From a virus (Duplodnaviria > Caudoviricetes), in the IMG/VR virus record IMGVR_UViG_3300034272_001608, positions 2,105 to 66,104 of that record: a stretch of DNA of 64,000 nucleotides. One strand, given 5' to 3'. Of the stretch, positions 10,373 through 20,025 are shown in pieces. The notes under the pieces were generated by a model. The model worked only from the letters and a program-made list of their open reading frames with translations, made no database searches and was not told the origin of the DNA. Position 1 is the first letter of the stretch, and each line of letters opens with the position of its first letter. The position numbers and the translations under genes were made by a program.

Positions 10373-13300
10373 CTAACGAATACTTTGTTTTAAATTTATC
10401 TAACGCGGTCTCTCCTTTTATTGTTCCAAAATAAAATTGGAATGGGGCCCCTACCACAAATTTTTTATTAATTGCACCTGTTGTACTATATTGACCATTC
10501 CCAACGGTACCATTTACGTTGAATATATATCCTCTAGCGTTAAGGTCATTTGACATTGAATTAGAACCAAGAAAATACGGCGTACTTGTATTAAACCTGT
10601 CCATTGATTGATATCTAGTGTTTTGGACAAGGTCAGATTTCGCTGTTGCCCACGTATTATATTGATTACCAAATATTGTTGAGGTATTGTTTAATTGCCA
10701 CTGATAGAATGGAACTACTTGTGATTTAATACCATATGGGTATGGATAATACCCGACATTATTAGAACCTCTAAAATTAATTCTACCTGGTGTTAAATAA
10801 TCTTTTGTCTGTAAATCTTGAGTTGTTGACGAAAACCAAACCGCAATTGCTGGATTGCTAGGACTACCAAGAATTGTTGTTGGTTGATTTGTTTGGCCTG
10901 GAATAATATCATAATATTCTGGTGAAAAATTAATATTACCTATTTCACAGTTAATTGACATCATTTGTGCTAAATCGCCATCAATTCTCCTCTGACTACC
11001 ATCTCTACTAAACAACTGATTAAGTGAATTATCCCCAATAGCAAGAATTTGTTTTAGGAAGGTTTCATCTGTAATTCTAGAAATAACAAATAAATTAACT
11101 AAATCAGAAGTGTCACCATAACTTGTTGGGTTAATGTTTGGAAGTACATATCCGTTAGTAGATGGGTCAAAGGTTATTTCAGAGTAAAAAGAATCTTTCA
11201 TACCCAAGTTTAAAATTGTTGTTGGATATAATAAATTTACGTTATTCACGGTACCAGCGTTATTAGTTTCCATACCAATAAATTTATTTGAAGAGTCATT
11301 ATATGGACTACTTCTATAATAGAAGTTATTACTATCAGCATTGAAATACACGACATCCCTACAAAATGATTGTTTACTAACTTTGTTTTTACTATTGTAA
11401 TAAGTGTCAACTTGTATTGGAAAAGAATATAAGGTACCATTAATCCAATTGTTCATAAACGATTGAGATAATACACCTCTGCATAATCCATAGAAAAATC
11501 TAAACCTGTAAGCCCATTGTCCAAAATTTCTATAGTCCTTGGGTAAATCGGTTAAAGGTACTCTCATAAACATGTAACACCCTTTTTCTACTGCGTCCGC
11601 GGTTGTACAATTCTGATTTATTTCAAATTGACTTCCAAATCCTTGATAACACTCCAATCCAACCATGTTTTCACAATCAAACGAAGAAAGAACTGTTATG
11701 GCATTAGGAAGCCCTTCTATATCCACAGTTACAATATCAGCGCCTGTATCACCTCCTTGAGATGAAATCGTTACGTCTTCCGCATTTATATTATAAATGT
11801 TAAAATTTAGATTTTGTTGTAAAAGAGCTGGGTTAGTCGCAAAAGAACCTCCGTCAAGCCCGTCGGATGATGGTAATCTGTCGGTTCTCAATACGTTATT
11901 AACACTATTGGAGATTGTAATTGCGGAATTAGATAACGAAAAGAATGTTGAAGTTCCGTAATTAAACTTCAAATAGTAGTTGTAATCATCAGTATAAGGA
12001 AAAATATCGTTTACAATTGAGCTCATTACTCCCATTCCCGATAAATCTTCACTAGCATCGTATTTTTGGGTTGCGGGGATTCCTGAATAAAACCCATTAT
12101 CTGTTCTTGATACAACGGTAGGTAATGAAGATGAGGTGGTACAAGAATTAAAACTCAAAACATACCCAGTTGGACTAACTTGAACGGAGTAAAATGAACC
12201 ATTCCAATTCATCTTAAACCACTTATTTTGACCATTAAGCGGGCTTGAATACCCTATACCCCAGTTTGGGTCATAGTTTTGATACAGTTTAATACCTACC
12301 AAAGGTATTGAGGTTTGTGGTACATTTGGAACAAATAAACTATCACTAGGTCCTGTAATATTACAAACCCCGTTACTTGTTGTTAATGAACTAGTAAAAT
12401 AAGTTATTCTTCTAGCATTTCCTAATGTTCCAGGATTTGAAGCGTTTGTACCAGTTGTTGATGAACCAATTGGTAGTGGATTAGTTGTAGCGTCTAAAGA
12501 ACCATAATACGCGGTTGCGGTTGTAGTGAAACCTGTAAAGGATTGTCCTGGTGTTAGATTAGGTGTTGTTCCAGGTTTGAAAAAATAAGAAGGATAGTAC
12601 ATTCCATCTTGACTATATGGTTGTACAGACATATTTGATACATTTATTTTTTGTATAGGTATGTTAACTCTAGTCTCAGCAGTAAAAGTCCAATTTGGGT
12701 CGGAATCATTACTACCGAATAAAGTTCCTAAACTATATTCATTTCTATACTTTGGAGAATATGGGTCCACACCTCTTTGTAGAACTAATATATATTGACT
12801 TTGTGCCTCTTCAAAGTACTCAAAAGGATTCAATGTTAACGTATTAGTAAAAACCCAAGCGGCATATTGCCTAGTATATCCACGTAATCTTGTTGGTGAA
12901 TTTATTATATTACCGAAAGATTGTGTAGCCCCTGTATTCCAAATTTGGGAAGCTTGTGATACAGTTAAAGCGGTGACTACCTGATAATACTCAATGTCTG
13001 CAGGAAACTTATAATTAGTATTACCTGAACCATAAGGTAAATTATATACAACAGGTGTTGAAATATTTTCAGTTTGACTTACGGCATATGCAATACTCAC
13101 TTGTGTTGCACCCGTTCCATTGTAAGTTTCTCCTGAAATTCCTCTTAAAATCGTACCATTTGAACTTACACCTGAATATAAAAAATTTGGGTCGGTTGAG
13201 CCCGTAACATTAACAAAAGTTAGAAGTTCACCAGCCTCATATTGTTCAGTAGAAAGAACAGTTATTGTGTTATCATAGTGATGTTTACCAACATTAAGGT

Positions 13301-15401
13301 CTTTAGCAAAAGTTACCTTTATTTTATTTTGGTTTGCAAAATATGAACTTCTTTGATTGAATATATTAATCCTCTCTCCAATTGGTAAATCGTATGACGC
13401 AACAAAAGAAAACCCTTTAGCTTGTGAAAGAGGTAATTTATATCTTTTACTATCAGGTTTAAAGTTAAGTAAACTAAATCCAGCCATACCTTCACTATAT
13501 AGGATAGACTTATCCTGTCCTGTTTCAGTATCAGCAGAAAATACAATGGTATTCAATAGCGTGTCATAATATTCAGGAGAAGACACAGGAGATAATACCC
13601 CTTCAACTCCACCGTTTTCTTGTCTATCTTGAGTTTCCTGAGTGTCTTGTTTACAATCACAAGCCTGACAATCAGGATATGTAATCATAGGAAGTCTTAT
13701 TGTATTATCTCTTCTACCACAATATTTTCTCCATCTTTTGAATGGTCTCCATCCCGCAATTTTAATTTTAGAAATGGCACATAGAAAACTTCTAAATAGG
13801 TTGTTCAACCAAAGTAATATATGGGCAAGTGTTAATACAATTAAACCAATTGGTTGAATGATAACCATAAGAATTGAAAACACGAAGAATAATAAATCAA
13901 AGTTTCTGAATCCGTCATTTACAGGAAATTTATTTACCGTACTTTCGCATTCATCATCGTCTATTTCTTTAATACCAATAAATCTACCTTTAGCACCTTT
14001 TTTATATTGGTCAATCAAAGATGAAACTGTATAAACTCTATTATATTGAAATTCATAAAATGTGTCCTCACAATCTATAATTTCGTTTAATCTATCTGTT
14101 TTTTTAGTACCTGTAAAACCATTCGTATATCCGCTCCAAGCGAGTCCAAAATAATACGAACTTTGTTGTTGTTTTAGTGTGTTTTGGTTTGTTGAATATG
14201 TTGGGTCCACGTCAGACTCTTGCCAGCCATATTCTTTAACATTTGGAACTAAATAGTATGCACGTCTTGTTTGTAATGTTAATTCATTTGGCTGCGACCA
14301 CTTTACTTTAAATCTATATTTTGCCTTTGTTGGTATTCCGACTGTAGGGTCATTAGATAACACTTTTTCTCCAAATTCATTTGTAATAAAATAATCTAAA
14401 TTCATTGGAAGTTCTGTTAACCATGCTCCTGTTCCGTCAATAACATTTCCCGCTTGTTCTAATTCAAAAACCTCCAAAACAGGATTTCCGTCTTCGTCTT
14501 GTTGTATTGTTTGTCTAATAGATAAAATTTGCCCAGGTGTGGCAATTAACCCACACAAATTACCCATATTATCCCTTGGGCTACAATTTTTTCTAACCCT
14601 CATACCATCGGGAGATGAGAACATAGACCCCATAAATACAGATGTTGGTTGAATATCCACATTTGCATCATCTCTTAAATCAAAATCTAATCTATTAATT
14701 GATATTTGGCAAATTTCAGGGTCTCCCCATAATGGAGATATTTCAGCATTTTTTGATAAATTAATAATTTGAGGTAATGAATTTAAATCATTAGATGTTC
14801 TAAACTTATTTCCCGCAACTTGGGCTTCGGTTGCAAGTCCTATTCTAATTAAATCTTGGGGCGTTAATGAGAACTCCCCAATATCAGAAAGGTCAACATC
14901 CATAACCACGGTTTGGTCCCCAAGAGGAACTCCCATAATCATATAATCACCACTCTCGTTGGTTTTGGATGTAAATCTATAATACTTGTCGTAAATTTCT
15001 ACTGCAGTGTCTCCTGTTAATACATCGGCTCTTGATGGAAACGTTCCTGTTGATGCATGTTTGGAATAAGATTTAACGTATGGTAAAAGATTATACCTAA
15101 AACCGTCTTCATTTTTATCAGTTGGTGATTTGTATGGGTATATACTTGTGATAAGAGGGTTTGATTGGTCGACTTGTTCAATTGGAATAAAAATTGAAAC
15201 TCTAGCGTTTGGGAGACCGAACCCATTGTTCGCAGTAATTCTACCAACTAAAACACCATAGTCCGCACAACTTCTTGTGTAGATGTCAGTTTGTTGTATT
15301 TTAAGAGATAAAATTTCTAAGAACTCAAACTCTTGGTCTAATTGTATATTAATTGACTTATTAATACCAAGCTCGGTCTTAATTCTATATGAGTCACCCA
15401 T
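10365..15401 (-). CDS. Large tail/baseplate protein with N-terminal carboxypeptidase-regulatory-like beta domain and internal hydrophobic segment
   Basis: GVLVGRI...GLPNARVSIF...TNESGDYMIMGVP.G N-terminal fold signature; hydrophobic stretch LLFFVFSILMVIIQPIGLIVLTLAHILLWL; 1678 aa. Confidence 0.6.
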   Translation of the reverse strand: MGDSYRIKTELGINKSINIQLDQEFEFLEILSLKIQQTDIYTRSCADYGVLVGRITANNGFGLPNARVSIFIPIEQVDQSNPLITSIYPYKSPTDKNEDGFRYNLLPYVKSYSKHASTGTFPSRADVLTGDTAVEIYDKYYRFTSKTNESGDYMIMGVPLGDQTVVMDVDLSDIGEFSLTPQDLIRIGLATEAQVAGNKFRTSNDLNSLPQIINLSKNAEISPLWGDPEICQISINRLDFDLRDDANVDIQPTSVFMGSMFSSPDGMRVRKNCSPRDNMGNLCGLIATPGQILSIRQTIQQDEDGNPVLEVFELEQAGNVIDGTGAWLTELPMNLDYFITNEFGEKVLSNDPTVGIPTKAKYRFKVKWSQPNELTLQTRRAYYLVPNVKEYGWQESDVDPTYSTNQNTLKQQQSSYYFGLAWSGYTNGFTGTKKTDRLNEIIDCEDTFYEFQYNRVYTVSSLIDQYKKGAKGRFIGIKEIDDDECESTVNKFPVNDGFRNFDLLFFVFSILMVIIQPIGLIVLTLAHILLWLNNLFRSFLCAISKIKIAGWRPFKRWRKYCGRRDNTIRLPMITYPDCQACDCKQDTQETQDRQENGGVEGVLSPVSSPEYYDTLLNTIVFSADTETGQDKSILYSEGMAGFSLLNFKPDSKRYKLPLSQAKGFSFVASYDLPIGERINIFNQRSSYFANQNKIKVTFAKDLNVGKHHYDNTITVLSTEQYEAGELLTFVNVTGSTDPNFLYSGVSSNGTILRGISGETYNGTGATQVSIAYAVSQTENISTPVVYNLPYGSGNTNYKFPADIEYYQVVTALTVSQASQIWNTGATQSFGNIINSPTRLRGYTRQYAAWVFTNTLTLNPFEYFEEAQSQYILVLQRGVDPYSPKYRNEYSLGTLFGSNDSDPNWTFTAETRVNIPIQKINVSNMSVQPYSQDGMYYPSYFFKPGTTPNLTPGQSFTGFTTTATAYYGSLDATTNPLPIGSSTTGTNASNPGTLGNARRITYFTSSLTTSNGVCNITGPSDSLFVPNVPQTSIPLVGIKLYQNYDPNWGIGYSSPLNGQNKWFKMNWNGSFYSVQVSPTGYVLSFNSCTTSSSLPTVVSRTDNGFYSGIPATQKYDASEDLSGMGVMSSIVNDIFPYTDDYNYYLKFNYGTSTFFSLSNSAITISNSVNNVLRTDRLPSSDGLDGGSFATNPALLQQNLNFNIYNINAEDVTISSQGGDTGADIVTVDIEGLPNAITVLSSFDCENMVGLECYQGFGSQFEINQNCTTADAVEKGCYMFMRVPLTDLPKDYRNFGQWAYRFRFFYGLCRGVLSQSFMNNWINGTLYSFPIQVDTYYNSKNKVSKQSFCRDVVYFNADSNNFYYRSSPYNDSSNKFIGMETNNAGTVNNVNLLYPTTILNLGMKDSFYSEITFDPSTNGYVLPNINPTSYGDTSDLVNLFVISRITDETFLKQILAIGDNSLNQLFSRDGSQRRIDGDLAQMMSINCEIGNINFSPEYYDIIPGQTNQPTTILGSPSNPAIAVWFSSTTQDLQTKDYLTPGRINFRGSNNVGYYPYPYGIKSQVVPFYQWQLNNTSTIFGNQYNTWATAKSDLVQNTRYQSMDRFNTSTPYFLGSNSMSNDLNARGYIFNVNGTVGNGQYSTTGAINKKFVVGAPFQFYFGTIKGETALDKFKTKYSLDE

Positions 15402-15497
15402 GTAATGTCTTTAGTTTATAAATAGTTTATGTGTACTTTTTAAAGTATGGATACACACATTATAAATTATAAACCAAACCCTCAGAGAATAAACCTA

Positions 15498-17336
15498 TTA
15501 AGAGAATGTAATAGATTGGAAGTTTTTAACGGAAACTTTAATATCCTTATTTGGATATCTAATTTGATAAACTTGTGATGGTTGAGCAAAAATTGTGTCG
15601 TCAACTGGTGCAATCTCTTTAGTTTCAGGGTCTGAATATACCATAGAAGTTTCTGCTGAAGAATATTGTCCACCAACATTGTTAAACACTTTAATTCCAG
15701 CAACTGTTAATACACCACTTTGATTTTGAACAATACTTTGTAATTCAGAAAGATAAACATTTTGTCCCAACTCTCTGATTTGTGGGTCAAAGTAACCTGA
15801 TATTCTATCTACAACGTCTGCAATAATTTGTCCTGAGTTTTGTGCGGAGTCTAAAACAATTGAAACTTCAACACTTAGGTCAATAACCTCAGCGGTTAAA
15901 ATAGATATGTAGTCGTTCATCATTCTATAGTTAGAAAGATATGTTGCAACATTTTGTCTTAAAGTATTTGATACAATGTTTGTTAATTTACCAGAGGTAT
16001 CATATGACAACAGTTGAATAAGTATTTTGTTATTGTCTTCAGTGATTGATACTTTTGCAGGTGCCCCAAATTCCGCTGGCATATTTCTGACTATTGATTC
16101 ATAATCTTGAACTGTTACCGCTCTTTTTTGTGCCGAGAAATTAAATGAAACATAGTTTCTTATTTCTTCTAAAGATGGTAGTCCCGCACCTCCAATAGCC
16201 GCAGTTACGTTATTACATCTTAATGAATTCACAACTGAAGAGTTTGTAAGTTCTGATGGACCATTAACAAAAAACGAAACTGTACCAATTTGGTTGATTA
16301 CGTTTGTTCCTAAGTTAGTCCCTAATCCTCCTCCAACTCTATATTGAATAAACAAGGTTGAGTTTGGTATTAGTGCCGAACCTAAAGATAAGTTGTTTGA
16401 ATATCTTTGTAGGTCTAATGTTGTACCTAATGTTGTAAATTGATTTAAAGCATCTTGAGCCGTGTTGGTTCCTCCACCAAAGGTCATTTTTTTGAATCCT
16501 TCAGGGGTGTATTCACTTATAAATCTATTAGATGTTTGAATATACTTACCAACTTTAATACCTGGTTGGTCTGATACTTTAGTTGGGTCTTCAATGAAAA
16601 CTCTGTCTTCAGCTAAAGCGTCAACCTCATACCATTTATTTGAAGGGCTTAAAAATTCTGCCGTTGTTGGTACATTTGTATATTCGGTACCACTTTTTAA
16701 TAATACACTAGTAATACCTAATACGTTTTTCTCAGGTAAGAATAACTCAAAGAATGGCTTAACGTCATTTGGAGTAATAACTCTTTTAAAAACTTTTGTA
16801 ATACCATTAACAACCAATTCTCTTTTAGTAATTGTGTAGTTAATTAAAACATTATTAGCGTTAAAGTTTGGTATTTTTAACCTATTTGGAAAACCTTGAG
16901 CGTTGTATGGTGATGTAAAATCAACATCATATATATTTTCAAATATGATTCCAGCCCCTGAAACTTGAGACCCTCTTGCAAGAATTCCTAAGTATCTCTC
17001 ATCTTCTTTATCCCCGAACGCAGGAACAGTTATTGAGAAATCAACTAAAGACACCGAAGGTCTTTGACCAGGAATTTTTAATCCATAGGTTCTAGCTATA
17101 TTATAGATAGATGACCTTTGTTGTGCATATTGAAGAACAGTTTCCTGAATACTTCTATCAATATGATAATGTAGGTTATCTGCAACCGCAGCATTCAAAT
17201 CAATAAACACGGAGAATACTGAGGCATCATTAAAGTCCTGAATTAATTCAGGATAGTATGTTTTACAATAATTGAGTAACTCAGTTCTTATTCCCTGATA
17301 ATCTCTGGTTGTATATGAAATTTTACGATTTGCCAT
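15498..17336 (-). CDS. Baseplate wedge protein (T4 gp6 / baseplate J-like)
   Basis: RDYQGIRTEL, AQQRSSIYNIARTYG, YRVGGG..TN, AQKRAVTVQDY motifs of gp6-like wedges. Confidence 0.9.
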   Translation of the reverse strand: MANRKISYTTRDYQGIRTELLNYCKTYYPELIQDFNDASVFSVFIDLNAAVADNLHYHIDRSIQETVLQYAQQRSSIYNIARTYGLKIPGQRPSVSLVDFSITVPAFGDKEDERYLGILARGSQVSGAGIIFENIYDVDFTSPYNAQGFPNRLKIPNFNANNVLINYTITKRELVVNGITKVFKRVITPNDVKPFFELFLPEKNVLGITSVLLKSGTEYTNVPTTAEFLSPSNKWYEVDALAEDRVFIEDPTKVSDQPGIKVGKYIQTSNRFISEYTPEGFKKMTFGGGTNTAQDALNQFTTLGTTLDLQRYSNNLSLGSALIPNSTLFIQYRVGGGLGTNLGTNVINQIGTVSFFVNGPSELTNSSVVNSLRCNNVTAAIGGAGLPSLEEIRNYVSFNFSAQKRAVTVQDYESIVRNMPAEFGAPAKVSITEDNNKILIQLLSYDTSGKLTNIVSNTLRQNVATYLSNYRMMNDYISILTAEVIDLSVEVSIVLDSAQNSGQIIADVVDRISGYFDPQIRELGQNVYLSELQSIVQNQSGVLTVAGIKVFNNVGGQYSSAETSMVYSDPETKEIAPVDDTIFAQPSQVYQIRYPNKDIKVSVKNFQSITFS

Positions 17337-17341
17337 CTATA

Positions 17342-17812
17342 TTAAATATTAATTATAACAAAATCACTTTGAGCAAAAGTTGTTCTGTTGTTAGAATAGT
17401 CTATTCTAATTTTAGCGGTATATTCTGATGTCCCTTTACCAGGAAGTCTATATATTGGTGATTCACTTGTTCCTACCGTGTTTTCTCCTAACATAGTGTC
17501 AACTTCTTCCATTGGGTCTGCTGGGGTAATTGTTATTTGATTCAATAATAAATTTGGCATATAAGCTTGAACGGCATCTCTTATGTCTGACTGAATGGCG
17601 TCAAAAGTTAATCCGTCAAAAGGTTCAAATAAAAACTCATACAATCTTGTTCCAAAATCAGGTAAAAAATATCTACTACCTTTTCTAGTTAATAAAAGAT
17701 GTATTAAGTCCGCCTTGATTTCTTGAGACTCTAATTGAGTAAGTTCTAAGTAGTCACCCCTTCTAGAATCTCTAAAAGGGAAATTAAGACCATATGTAAT
17801 TCCATCTGCCAT
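17342..17812 (-). CDS. Baseplate wedge / sheath initiator (T4 gp25 / GPW-like)
   Basis: IKADLIHLLLTRKGSRYFLPDFGTRLYEFLFEP gp25 signature. Confidence 0.9.
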   Translation of the reverse strand: MADGITYGLNFPFRDSRRGDYLELTQLESQEIKADLIHLLLTRKGSRYFLPDFGTRLYEFLFEPFDGLTFDAIQSDIRDAVQAYMPNLLLNQITITPADPMEEVDTMLGENTVGTSESPIYRLPGKGTSEYTAKIRIDYSNNRTTFAQSDFVIINI

Positions 17813-17832
17813 ATACCATAAATATACTTGGA

Positions 17833-18027
17833 TTATTTTTTTACTAAAGAAGTATTACCTTTTTGATACTTTGGTTCATAAGGGCAATTTAAACATCCTT
17901 TACCACAACAAAAACCTCTATTAGTGTGGTATGATTCTGTAAAAACAATTAATCCTTTATCATTATAGTAAAAATCAGAAGGGAGAAGTTTTTTAGGCTT
18001 CTCCCTTCCGTTATTTTGTTCGTTCAT
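17833..18027 (-). CDS. Small Cys-rich protein (DUF5522-like)
   Basis: YY...G..VFT..YH..RG.CCG.GC..CPY motif. Confidence 0.75.
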   Translation of the reverse strand: MNEQNNGREKPKKLLPSDFYYNDKGLIVFTESYHTNRGFCCGKGCLNCPYEPKYQKGNTSLVKK

Positions 18028-18028
18028 A

Positions 18029-19891
18029 TTATACGAATTTTACTTCACAAGCCCCTCCAGCACAAGCCGCTTCACCACTCAAGTCTGTATCATCATCTAA
18101 TTCAACAATTTTAGATAAATCAACATCATGTAATGTTTTCATAAGCTCTTCGTACTTTTCTTTAGTACAATCTTCAAACGGTGCTTGGATATAACTTCCT
18201 CCGTCGTATGGTAGAACTGATAATCCATTGTATGCATCTTTGTTTTCCCACATCCACTCACCAACCGCAGGCCATTCGTGTTCACGAACTGAAATGGTTG
18301 CAGATACATTGTGAGCATTTGAACCACTTCTGTGACCTGGTTTAATCCATTCTTGTTGAACTTTCTTCACTCTCTCCAATAATTGGATTGGTGATTCATT
18401 TCTTAAGATTGAACCTTCAGGTGATTTTTGTGGTATTCCAATAACCGCTGTGTCGTGTGGTCTGAAGTATTCATCTTCCACCAACTCAGGGTGATTTTCT
18501 TTTAAATGAGAATAGATTGCTTCGTTTTTACCAACTCTTACTCTTCTAATATAATAGTCGTTGTGCCATGCGTGGATACCACTTGATGTACCTAATGTTA
18601 AAGAAGTTGTTCCCGCAGGTTTAACTGTTGTTGTTCTTGCCGCTGGGTTAATACCAAGTAAGTCAGCAACTCTTTTGTTTTCGTCTTTTACAACTTTAGC
18701 AGCGGCTTTCATGTTTAATCCAAGAACCGCACCTGAACCAATACCTGTCATTGAAATTCCAATTAAAGCGTCTTTTTCAGTTGTTCTTTGCCATATAGGT
18801 CTTAAGTAGTGGAAATCAGTATATCCCGCCTGTAGTGTTCCGATGAACGTAGCCGCTCTAACTCTATCTTCATAATCTTCTTGAGATACAACGTTTGATA
18901 CGTTAACCTCTGTAAGGTTACAGAATTGGAATGGTCTAAGAGCAATTTCACAACAAGGGTTTGTTCCCCAATCTTTATCGTTACTCAAGTAGATACCAGG
19001 TTCTCCTGCTCCACTTGCCTCAATTCTTTTCCACAAGTCCATAAAGTAATCTTTATCAATCTTGTGTCTCATCAATACTGCAGAGTTATTAGCTCTACCT
19101 CTTTGTGGATTTGTTTCCCACCATGCACCACTCTTACATCCAATCATCTCATCGTCTGTTGCTGAGAATAATGAAATAAGTGCCGCTCTTCTAATACCAC
19201 CAGCAAGTACTGCATCAGCGATATGACAAACCATATCATGAACTTCAATAGCCTTTAACTTCTCACCATCTTGTTTTGAATCTAAAATTCCTTCAAGTTT
19301 GATAAGACATTCTTTAAGTGGTTGTGGGCCAGGTGCTTTACCGCCAGATGTAACTAATCTCGCACCTTTAGGTCTAATGTCACTGAAATCAAATTGGATG
19401 TGTGAACCACCAAAGAAGTATGATTTAACCAACACTTTAACAGCGTCAGCCCATCCTTCAATTGAGTCAGCCACTAACCATCTTCTACCTCTTTCTTTGT
19501 TTGGTTTTCTGATTTCAGGTAATGCATCTACGTGATGTTTTTGTACTGAGTATCCAACTCCTGTTCCACCCAAAAGTAAGAACATGATTTCTGAGAACAC
19601 TCTCCAATCATCGATTGGTGCAAAGGCACAGTTGTAAATTCTATTTGGTGAAATTTCAATAGGTTTTCCTGCAAACTGCATCGACCTCATTGATGGTAGT
19701 ACTTGTTTTCTGAAAACATACATGTAGTTTTCGCGAATCTCTTTTTCTAGTTTAGGGTACTGCTTGATATGCATCTCCATGTTTCTAGTAACAAGTTCCT
19801 GCCATGTTTCTCTTCTTTTTAGTTCTGGGATATACTTGGCGTACTTCATGTACACGGTAATGTCCGATAAAATTCTGTTTGAAATGTCCAT
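18029..19891 (-). CDS. nrdJ: Class II (adenosylcobalamin-dependent) ribonucleotide reductase, monomeric RTPR-like
   Basis: YNC, GGIRRAALI, TNPCCEI (thiyl Cys), FCNLTE, TTVKPAGT, C-terminal ACAGGAC redox pair; no beta-subunit gene nearby. Confidence 0.9.
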   Translation of the reverse strand: MDISNRILSDITVYMKYAKYIPELKRRETWQELVTRNMEMHIKQYPKLEKEIRENYMYVFRKQVLPSMRSMQFAGKPIEISPNRIYNCAFAPIDDWRVFSEIMFLLLGGTGVGYSVQKHHVDALPEIRKPNKERGRRWLVADSIEGWADAVKVLVKSYFFGGSHIQFDFSDIRPKGARLVTSGGKAPGPQPLKECLIKLEGILDSKQDGEKLKAIEVHDMVCHIADAVLAGGIRRAALISLFSATDDEMIGCKSGAWWETNPQRGRANNSAVLMRHKIDKDYFMDLWKRIEASGAGEPGIYLSNDKDWGTNPCCEIALRPFQFCNLTEVNVSNVVSQEDYEDRVRAATFIGTLQAGYTDFHYLRPIWQRTTEKDALIGISMTGIGSGAVLGLNMKAAAKVVKDENKRVADLLGINPAARTTTVKPAGTTSLTLGTSSGIHAWHNDYYIRRVRVGKNEAIYSHLKENHPELVEDEYFRPHDTAVIGIPQKSPEGSILRNESPIQLLERVKKVQQEWIKPGHRSGSNAHNVSATISVREHEWPAVGEWMWENKDAYNGLSVLPYDGGSYIQAPFEDCTKEKYEELMKTLHDVDLSKIVELDDDTDLSGEAACAGGACEVKFV

Positions 19892-20025
19892 TTGTTTAAA
19901 TTTAAGTAATTGTTTTTTTTATCAAAAAATCAACGATTTTTATGATAAATATGCGGTTGTCTACTTAACGACCACAATTTTTTATAAAAAAAAATAAGTT
20001 TTTTTTGAAAAAAGTAGATATTTAA

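Noticed and set aside
19892-20025. Cobalamin riboswitch or NrdR box upstream of nrdJ
   Set aside because: Only two imperfect AT-rich hairpins; too short, with no B12-box or NrdR consensus visible.
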